Shown here in pieces: positions 1 through 9,500 of a DNA stretch of 64,000 nt. Source of the stretch: Spirochaetaceae bacterium (lineage in GTDB: Bacteria > Spirochaetota > Spirochaetia > DSM-2461). The position numbers and the translations under genes are program-made. Below the pieces are notes generated by a model. It had not been told where the DNA came from. It saw nothing but the letters and a program-made list of their open reading frames with translations, and ran no database searches. Location of the stretch: positions 1,696,001-1,760,000 of the forward strand of contig OZ245056.1 in the NCBI GenBank assembly GCA_965224705.1, in the 5' to 3' direction. Position 1 is the stretch's first letter; the number at the start of each line of letters is the position of its first letter.

Positions 1-1230
1 GGAATAGCCCAGCGGAATCTGAAGGGAAACGCCCGTCTGGAAAGCAGCTCAATCAGCTTCAACGCCGCCTATGGCAGTTCCTCAAGTAATTCATCCGGCA
101 GTTCATCGTCTGCCTCCAGCGCAAATTCTGCGGCCGCCGATTCGGTACTGTCTGGAACATCCACCGTTTCCATACCGATACTGGATCAACTGACACTGGG
201 GGGAAGTATCACCGCCAAAGAGAGTCAGGAGCTAAGCGGAAATGCCACCCTCACGGCCAAACCCTTTGCCGCACCAACCCCCGTCTGGACTACAGAAACT
301 GTGCACGCCAAGGCCGTGATTACCTGGGAATACCAACGCCGCCAAACCTATTACGATGCTGAAACAAAGGCCCTGGAATACCTGGCCGCCGATATGAAAC
401 AAATCCAGTCGCGGGCCGATTTTGATCTGGAAACCCGTATCTCCGATGTCATGCAAGCCAAACTGAAACTGGGCGAGGCCACTTTCGACGAACTGCAGGA
501 ACAGCTATCCGCCTTAACGGATGCCAGAAAAGCCCTGTACTCCGCTGAATCCGCGAAAGTATCCACCTGGAAAAATCTGCGCCAGCTGTTCAACCCCGAG
601 AGTGAGCCCTTTAGCCCCGCACCCCTGCCCCTGCCGGAGATGGAAGATCGGATTGCCCAGAGGTCATCCCTGCTCACGCAGATAACCAGCGAAGGAAAAC
701 TCCGCCCGGTTTCCGCCTTGATGTCCAGCCTGAAGCTGGATCTGCAATCCCTGGGCAAAGAGTTACAAGCCACTCCCGCCTGGCGGCCTGATTTAAGCAT
801 CACCGGCACCCTGGGGCTTCCCGATACCACAAAATCCAGTGTCGGACTCACCCTGTCCTTTGCACCCAGCGACATAAAAAAGGATGAACGGCAAAACATC
901 AAAGACCAGAGGGCCGATACCATGGCCGATATTCAGATGGAGCAATACAATCTGGAGCTGCAAAGGCAGTTGCTGGAGCGCGGCATTGAAATCACCAGAC
1001 AGGCATTTGAAGCCGCCAAAGTAGTTAGAACGCAGGCCGATTTAACACTCCGGGAGACGGAACTGCTGTACACACAAGGCGACCGCACCGTGTTTGAACG
1101 GGATAAGGCCCGTCTGGCATTGCAAAATGCCGATCTTGAATGCTTCTCCAGCGCGGTGGACTGGTACGCGGCTCTGGGCGAGATGCTGGCCCTGTTTGGG
1201 GTGGAAGGAAGCGATGCTCAAGTGATGTAA
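1..1230 (+). CDS. TolC-family outer-membrane efflux-like protein (5' truncated by window edge)
   Basis: Frame is open from base 1 to the stop at 1230. Helical coiled-coil segments alternate with short beta stretches (PDLSITGTLG, VGLTLSF), and the C-terminal 'LYTQGDRTVFERDKARLAL' resembles the OEP repeat end. Confidence 0.6.
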   Translation, partial: GIAQRNLKGNARLESSSISFNAAYGSSSSNSSGSSSSASSANSAAADSVLSGTSTVSIPILDQLTLGGSITAKESQELSGNATLTAKPFAAPTPVWTTETVHAKAVITWEYQRRQTYYDAETKALEYLAADMKQIQSRADFDLETRISDVMQAKLKLGEATFDELQEQLSALTDARKALYSAESAKVSTWKNLRQLFNPESEPFSPAPLPLPEMEDRIAQRSSLLTQITSEGKLRPVSALMSSLKLDLQSLGKELQATPAWRPDLSITGTLGLPDTTKSSVGLTLSFAPSDIKKDERQNIKDQRADTMADIQMEQYNLELQRQLLERGIEITRQAFEAAKVVRTQADLTLRETELLYTQGDRTVFERDKARLALQNADLECFSSAVDWYAALGEMLALFGVEGSDAQVM

Positions 1231-1327
1231 CTTATGCACACTGCTGCGGATGGGTGTACCTGTCAGGGCAATCGCATCTAAAATCCACTAGCCAGAGTGT
1301 TCTTCAAAGCCTTATTCATGGGTTTTT

Positions 1328-1545
1328 AACCGCAGAGGACGCAGAGAGCGCAGAGTGTTCAAAATAAATGTTGACCAATCTGTTTATGCTATAGAGACGA
1401 AAAAACCCGGACTAAAGTAAGACTTTTTCTCCATTTTTGGGCGTTTTGCCCAAAATGTGGGTGCGTCCATGCGCCCACGGTCAGCTCTAAGCGGTTTTAA
1501 GAGCTGCCCTATATCTCTCTGCGTACCTCTGCGTTCTCTGCGGTT
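1328..1545. repeat. Inverted pair of 9-bp tandem repeats (CGCAGAG-based)
   Basis: AACCGCAGAGGACGCAGAGAGCGCAGAG at 1328-1355 is mirrored by CTCTGCGTACCTCTGCGTTCTCTGCGGTT at 1517-1545. Confidence 0.75.
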
Positions 1546-1587
1546 TAATGCCGCTTTGAGGAGATTCCACATTCTTTGAGACACTAG

Positions 1588-1748
1588 GAGTCTGTCGGAC
1601 TTACGCCTCACGGCTCGATTTTTGCCCTTTTTTCCCGCTACGGCGTTGTCAAAATGCTCACGTAGCCCAGCTACACTCCGCTTTTGCCGCCTTGTATCGG
1701 AAAAAAATCATCAAAAATCGCCTCGAAGTCTCAAAGTCCGACAGACTC
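1588..1748 (+). mobile_element. MITE family A, copy 1 (161 bp)
   Basis: TIR GAGTCTGTCGGACTT...AAGTCCGACAGACTC, CTAG duplicated on both sides, near-identical to 40926-41086. Confidence 0.9.
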
Positions 1749-1873
1749 CTAGATAAAAATTTCCATTGATCTCGAAAATCAGTGTTTTTCATTCTTTTTG
1801 GGACAGAATTAGATGCAATTACCCTGGCGTACCTGTGTGTGATTATTGATCTTTACAGCTGCAGGATGGTACG

Positions 1874-2824
1874 ATGGTTTTTATGGGAAGAGATATCAGA
1901 TTAACTGCGTTTTTGTTTGTACTGATGTTGTTGTATTCTCCTTTTGAGGCGGGGGCCCAATCCAAGAACGGTTTCGATCTGACAAAGGCATCGGTCAGCG
2001 AAGAGGAAATCTTTTTCGGAGGGCCTCCCCGGGACGGCATCCCTTCAATTGATCGTCCGAAATTCATCGCCATCGAAAAGGTCAACTACCTCCGTGATGA
2101 TGACATTGTCATTGGCTTAGGGAGTGGAGATACAGCGCGTGCTTATCCAACCCGCATTCTGATGTGGCATGAAATTGTCAATGATGCCTTAGGAGACGAT
2201 GCCGTTGCCGTGACCTACTGTCCCCTATGCGGAAGTGCCATGGTTTTTGATCGCAAGATTGATGGGGAGACCCGAACTTTTGGCGTTTCGGGACTTCTCT
2301 ATCGGAGTGACCTGCTGATGTATGACCGGGAAAGTGAATCTCTGTGGTCTCAGTTGGGGATGAAGGCCCTCAGTGGACCATCGGTTGGCAAGGAACTGAC
2401 CTTACTGCCGAGCGAATACTCGACCTGGAAGGCCTGGCGGGAAAAATATCCCCGCGGAAAAGTACTCTCCACCGATACAGGCTACAGCCGCAACTACGGA
2501 AGGGAGGCCTATGCCTCGTATTTTGCCTCCGAGAAGACAATGTTTCCGGTGCCCCACACACGCAAGGAACTTCCGAACAAGTCATTGGTCATCGGCCTGG
2601 TCATTGATGGAAAGGCGAAGGCGTATCCGGTCGATCTCTTCTCGGCCCACAAGGTCGTCGAAGACCGGGTTGGAAACAAGAGAGTGTTCCTTCGCTACGA
2701 TGAAGAAAGACGGTATCCCCAGGTTAACGATGTCAGGGGGGAGGCGGTTCCCGCGGTGATGGTCTTCTGGTTCGCGTGGCAGGCATTTTACCCTGAGACT
2801 GCTCTGTGGAAACCCCTGCCATAG
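1874..2824 (+). CDS. DUF3179 domain-containing protein
   Basis: Signal peptide and the motifs GGPPRDGIPSID, WHEIVND, TYCPLCGS, FGVSGLLY, LWSQ and FWFAW. Confidence 0.85.
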   Translation: MVFMGRDIRLTAFLFVLMLLYSPFEAGAQSKNGFDLTKASVSEEEIFFGGPPRDGIPSIDRPKFIAIEKVNYLRDDDIVIGLGSGDTARAYPTRILMWHEIVNDALGDDAVAVTYCPLCGSAMVFDRKIDGETRTFGVSGLLYRSDLLMYDRESESLWSQLGMKALSGPSVGKELTLLPSEYSTWKAWREKYPRGKVLSTDTGYSRNYGREAYASYFASEKTMFPVPHTRKELPNKSLVIGLVIDGKAKAYPVDLFSAHKVVEDRVGNKRVFLRYDEERRYPQVNDVRGEAVPAVMVFWFAWQAFYPETALWKPLP

Positions 2825-3013
2825 GAGTCTGTCGGATTTTAAGGCTTCGAGGAGTCTGTCGGACTTCCGCCTCACGGCTCGATTTTTGCCCTTTTTCCCT
2901 GCTGCGGCGTTGCCAAAATACTCGCGTAGCCCAGCTACGCTTAAGTTTTTGTCGCCTTGCATCAGGAAAAAATCATCAAAAATCGCCTCGAAGTCTTAAA
3001 GTCCGACAGACTC
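2825..3013. mobile_element. Nested MITE A: full copy (2852-3013) inserted into the end of an oppositely oriented copy (2825-2851)
   Basis: Two consecutive GAGTCTGTCGGA starts. The inner copy is flanked by a CGAG duplication (2848-2851 and 3014-3017). Confidence 0.85.
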
Positions 3014-3016
3014 CGA

Positions 3017-3157
3017 GGCTCCTGCTTCACCGATATCCGCCGCAAGCCTCAAATCCTCCAAACCCTACAGAAAAGCTCTTCTGAACAGTTCCTGATGGAT
3101 TCATTGTACTCTAACCAGGGAATCTTTGAGAAGATCGTTAACGGATTGGGGAATTTC
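3017..3157 (+). mobile_element. Internally deleted IS remnant (family B) with right TIR
   Basis: Encodes GSCFTDIRRKPQI, as do the remnants at 16.5 and 19.1 kb, and ends in TTGGGGAATTTC, the reverse complement of GAAATTCCCCAA. Confidence 0.65.
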
Positions 3158-3563
3158 ATGAGGCAATTCGGGGTGCATAGAACTTCCAGCACGAAACCAG
3201 CACAGCATTGAGAATAAACCCCGCAGTACTCGATTCATTCGCAAAAAAAAAGTTCAGTGTTGACAAAATTAGCAAAAAAACCCAAGATAGTGATTAGTTG
3301 TCCCAAAGTCCTGCCTCTGTGGAGACTGACTTTGGAATTTCTTATGGGATAAGGAGGTAATGCAGCACTTATTTGAATCACCACTCAAACCTGGAAATTC
3401 AAATAAGTTGTTTACATCGCCTTGAAACAATGAGGGAGCCCGCCGTTCCTCACTCAGGTTCGCGGGACGGCAGGAGGGTGTGTTCAACCCCGCCCTTCTG
3501 ATCGCAGCGGAAGCAGGCGGTTCGTCTGCTGTCAGTATTTCATATAATATAAGGAATGAAACA

Positions 3564-6500
3564 ATGTTAAAAACAGTTCTGAAGTCTCTTGCATTCTTCT
3601 CGATCTTATTCTTGATGGCCTGTCCATCCCCGGTGGTCGATACTGGAGACGCCGATGCCGTCGCCAGCGCCAAGGCGGCCCTCACCATCGGATACAAGGC
3701 CGCTGATGGCTATTATCCGACTGCTGATAGCGCGGATTCGGTTACGGCGGACATTACCCTTCCCAGCACCGGCACGGGGGGAACCACTGTTACATGGGAA
3801 TCCAGCAAGGCAAGTGTCATCGGCACGGATGGCAGCGTCACTCGCCCGGCATCCGGCGCGGGCGATGAAACCATTACACTCACGGCAACCATTAGCAAGG
3901 GTAACGCGGAGGATACCAGGGAATTTACTCTCATTGTTAAGCAAAAGACTGCCGCGGATGTCGATATTGATACCGCCGAAAGCAATCTTGCCATTTCCTA
4001 TGCGGGTACGGATGCTGCGGATTCGGTCACAGAGGACATTACCCTCCCCACCCTTGGTTCGGAAGACACCACCGTTACCTGGGAATCCGACAATGAGGCC
4101 ATCGTCATTCAGAATGGTCAGGCCACTGTGAACCGCCCCCTATCCAGCGCGGCGGACGCGGAAGTTACACTCACGGCAACCATCAGCAAGCAAGGCGGCC
4201 GGTCGATTACAAAAACCTTCACTCTTACCGTAAAGAAGAATGCCGATGCCGCCGGAGACAATCTCGCGGCAGCCAAGGCGGCTCTGGTTATCGATTATGC
4301 GGGATCTGATACCGCGGATGCAGTCACAGAGGACATCACCCTTCCCGACACCGGGGAGCACGACTCCACCATCACCTGGGAGTCCGGCGATACCAACATC
4401 ATCAGCGATGCAGGCATTGTAACTCGAGGAGACTTTGCTGACGGCGAAGGCCATGAACAGGTAACCCTGACGGCCACCATCACGATTGCTCCTTCCTCCG
4501 TAACGAAGTCCTTTACTCTCACCGTGCTGGAAGAAGACCCAAGCGATCAGCAAGCCGTCAATACCGCCAAGGCCGACCTGAGTGTCTCTTACGCTGCGGG
4601 TGATAGCCAAAAAGTGGTAACCGCGAACTTTGAACTTCCCGCCAAAGGCAAGTACGACACCGATATTGCCTGGAATTCCGACAATACCGCCATCGAAATA
4701 AGCCAGACCCCGAGCAATGGGTTCTACACCGCCACCGTCACCCGTCCCGATTTGACGACTGGGGATGTGTCTGTCATCCTGAAAGCCACTATTTCCAGGG
4801 GAACCACCGAAGAAACCAGGCAATTCTTTCCCACGGTGGAGGCTTCCGGCAAACCCGAAATAACAGGAAGCATCGCCTATGTTATACAGGCAACCACCTA
4901 TGGTACCGGCACCACAACACCCGTTGACGCCCAGGGACTGGACGGACGGAAGGACCTCGCGTATGCCCTTGTGAAAGATGTACCGGGCATAACGGTGAAC
5001 GAGGCGAATGGAGAGCTGGAAATAGGGGTCGGCGTACAGGCTGGCGAGCATTCCATTACAGTAGAGCTTCGTTCATCGGATACCACGGGCACCCTCGAAT
5101 GGAGCGGAACCATAACCGTAGAGAAGAAATTACTTACGGGAGAAAGTCTGACTTATCCCGCGCTGACGACGGTTCGGGGTGCGGACAGTGGAAATATGGC
5201 CAGTCCTCTGGCCGGTTTCCTGGCGGGAGGCGATAATCTGGCCGATGTTGTCGATTTCGCTATTGCCAAAACAGGAACAGGGGGAAGTGGAACGGACAGC
5301 GATGTGTCGATCTCTACAGACGGAGTCGTCACTGTCGAAACAGACATTGAAATCACCGCGACCGAATACACCGTCACCGCCACCGCAAAGACCGATGGCA
5401 GCTATGCCGATTTCACGACTGGAACCATTACCGTGACGGTGGGAACCCCCAGTATAGACGGGGAGTTCGACCACAGCATACCGACTTCGATTACGTATGG
5501 TGAGGGTGCAACATACTCGGTTGAGAGCAATACTGTCACAGGAGAATCCGTGACATTTGCCCTTGAGAATCCGGTTACAGGCATAACGGTTGCTTCAAAT
5601 GGAGAGATAACAGTCGCAGCAGATTTGGATGCCGGTACCCATTCTATAACGGTGAAAGCGACAGCCTTAGATCTCCTTGGAACAGTTACGAAATCCTACA
5701 CCATCACCATTGATCCAAAATCCATCTCGGCCGCATCCCTGACATACGCTCCACTGACGGTGGATAGGGACGCGAGTACTGGAAATACGGTCACTCCTAC
5801 CCTGACGAGTTTGACTGATTTGTTGGTATCAGGCGATAGCCTTACCGATGCGGTCAGTTTTTCCATCGCCAAGACAGGAACATCGGGAACTGGAACGGAC
5901 GGCGCTGTGTCGGTCGATGATAATGGCGTTGTTACTGCCATTACCTCAACGGTCTTCACCGCGACCGAGTACACCGTTACCGCGACCGGGAAAGGGAACT
6001 ATGCCGGTTCCCCGACCGGGACCATTACTGTAACGGTGAATACACCCGCGATGAGCGGAGATTTCGACTACGACATACCGGATTCGATTACGTATGGCGA
6101 TGGCCCGACATACGGTATTTCCACCAACAATATTGCTACAACTCAAGGCCTAACATTTGCCCTTGAAACTTCAGTCCCAGGCATAACGGTTGCCCCGGGT
6201 GATGGAACGATAACAGTCGACGAAAATTTGGCTGTCGCTGATTATGATATAACGGTAAAAGCCACTTCAGCAGACTTCACGGGCGAGATTAGTCAGGATG
6301 AAACCATAAGTGTCCAGAAGAAATCAATAACGGGCACTTTAGGGTACACCGCTCTGACACTAGCTGTGAATGCTCAGGACAATACTTCCACTTCGCCAAC
6401 GGTTAATTTCCTGGTGGGAGGCGATGCTCTGGCCGATGCCGTGGACTTCACAATCGCGAAGAAAAGCGGCCCGGGGCCAGCTGCAGGCAGCATTGCTGCA

Positions 6501-9500
6501 GACGGAGTCATTACTGTCAACACAGCAACTAACTTTACAGAAACCGTTTACACCGTTACCGCGACCGGGAAAGGGAACTATGACGGTTCCATAACCGGGG
6601 ACATTAGCATAACGGTAACAGCGGATGATGTAGGACCTGGAAAGCCCGGCAACTTTGGCGTCAGTACGGAGAGCAATGGGGGTGTCAAGCTCACCTGGGC
6701 TGAACCTACAGATAAAGGTATATACAACAATACGACAGCAACAATCACAGGTTACACAATCTATTATTCGACAAGCTCTACCTTCACAAAGGGCAATGCG
6801 GAGACTACAATACCTGATTTGGATTCAGCGCTCACCAGCCACACAATCACGTCCGGGCTGACTGCCGGTACGCAGTATTACTTCCTCATGACGGCGACGA
6901 ACGGACATGGTGAGGGCGGGGTAACGGACACGTTATCGACGTATACGAATAGCGCCCCAGGAGCGCCCGCCCTAACGCTGGCAACGACCAGCACCGGGGT
7001 CAGCGTAGACTGGAATGTCTCGGATCTGGGATATTACGAGGGCAAGGATGCGGCGCTAACCGGAATCGATATCTATTATGCCAATCAATCAAACGTCAGC
7101 ACGAGCGGTACCCCTGTGTCAGTTTCAACGAGTAGCGCGACGGGCTCAGAGAATATAGATATTGCTGATCCTGGCGTGAAGTATTACTTCATCGCGACGG
7201 CCACGAATGGAGCTGCTACGGGCAGTCCGACGAGCCCGGCAGTATCGGTGACTCTAGATAAGGCGCCGGGAGCCCCCACCGGCTTCTCCGCCACTGGTGG
7301 AACTACTGAAGTTACGCTCAACTGGGACGTGCCTTCTGATCTGGGATATAAGGATAACGCGGAGGGGTCGATAACGAGTTACCATATCTACTACAAGGAG
7401 GGTTCCAGCGTCTCAACGACAGATTCTACTGGCACTGCAACAGCGGCTTCGACTGATAGATCGAAGACAATAAGTAGTCTCACTGCCGGCACACAGTATG
7501 CCTTCATCATGACGGCGGAAACTGGCGCTGGCGTGGGTGCGGCTACGACTGTAAAGACAGTGTATACGAATGCTGCCCCTGGAGCGCCTACTCTTATCTC
7601 CGTAACAGGGGGGGATGAAGAAGCCACGCTTGTCTGGACTGCGCCAAGTGATAAGGGCTATTCAGGCGGTTCAACAGCAACGCTCTCAGGCTACTATATC
7701 TATTACTCGACGACTTCTGGCTTTAATAAGGCTACGAGTGGAGTTACGAAGTCCGGCCTCCTAGGTGTGGGTGCCAGCCCTCATACAATTACTGGACTTA
7801 CTACTGCCGGTACACAGTATTACTTCCTCGTGACGGCGGCGAACGCTGCTGACGAGGGTACGGCGTCGAATGAGGAGTCGACGTATACGGATGGCGGCCC
7901 AGGAGCGCCCACCCTAACGGTGACAGCGACCAGCACTGGGGTCAGCGTAGGCTGGACCGTCTCGGATCCGGGATATTCGGGGGGATCGGCGGCATCAGTA
8001 ACCGGAATCGATATCTATTATGCCGATCAAACAGGCGTCACCACCACGAGCGGCGGAGCCCATGTGTCAGTTTCAACGACTAGCGCGACGGGCACAGAGG
8101 CTATAACTATTGATGATCCTGGCGTGGAGTATTACTTCATCGCGACGGCCACGACTGGAGCTGGTACGAGTGTGGGGAGTACGGAGGCATCGGTGATTCT
8201 TAATAAGGCGCCGGGAGCCCCCGCCAGCTTCACCGCCACGGGTGGAGATGAAGAAGTTACACTCAACTGGGCCGCACCTTCTGATCTGGGTTATGTGAAT
8301 GGCTCGGAGGGATCGATAACGAGTTACGCTATCTATTACAAGGCGGGTTCCAGCGTCACAACGTCAGATTATGATACTGTGACAACAGCGATTTTGACTG
8401 CAACATCGAAGACAATAACCGGTCTTAGTGCCGGCACGCTGTATCACTTCATCATGACGGCGTCTAACGGTCATGCTGAGAGCGCGCCAACGGACGAAAG
8501 GGCGACACATACGGATACTGTCCCTGAGAAACCTACCGGTGTTTCACTATCGGGCGGAGATCAACGGGTTACATTAACATGGACCGCACCTGGTAATACG
8601 GGCTATGTAGGCGGTTCAGCAGGAACGCTCACAGGTTACAATATTTACTATTCGCAGAACTCCGGCGTTACTGTTGAAAATGGAACTAAGCACGAAGTCA
8701 ACTCGGGGACTGCCACCATGCAGGAAATCTCCAACCTTGCTCCCAATACGCAGTATTACTTCATCATAACGGCGAAGACTGCTGCCGGTGAGAGTTTGCC
8801 GACAACTGCGGAAACATTCACAATCTCCCCGGCATTCAGCTCCGGTGAAGTAACCATGGACGTCAATGAAATAATAACCAGGGTGGGCACGGCCGCAAGC
8901 GAGCAGGTTACCTTTGGAGGCTCTCTCACAGCGGGTACGCACTACACCCTGTCCTTGCAGCGTCCTCAGGGCGCCAGCTCTTCGGTCACCATAAACGACG
9001 CCACAGGACTCATAACTGTAGCCAACACGGTAGCCGCCGCCGATGGCGGACAATACACTGTCATCGCAGCGGGATCAGGCGGCCAAAAACTCTCCGCGGC
9101 GTTTACTTTGACGCTTTACGATACCGATCTGGCGGGTCTCCTGCTGAACGGTGAAAGGATTCCGGCTGACTTGAGCAACTCCGACGCATTCACCCAGGCC
9201 ATACTTGCAGACTACAATGCCGACGCGACCATGACGGCCTTCTATGTCACCGAGAACGGTGCCGGAAGCAAAGATGGTTCTTCCTGGGCCAACGCCATCG
9301 CCGGGACTGGCCTGCGAAGCGAGCTTCAGAGTCCGGCCGGCGATGCGGACAACATACACTTCATCCTGGTTGGCGCCGGTACCTACAAACCGACGAAGCA
9401 AATGATGATGCGGAGCCACGCTGCCATCATCGGCGGCTGGCCGGCTTCGGGCGGCTGGATCCGCGGCGGCGCTGAGACCATCTTTGATGGAGAGAAGCAG

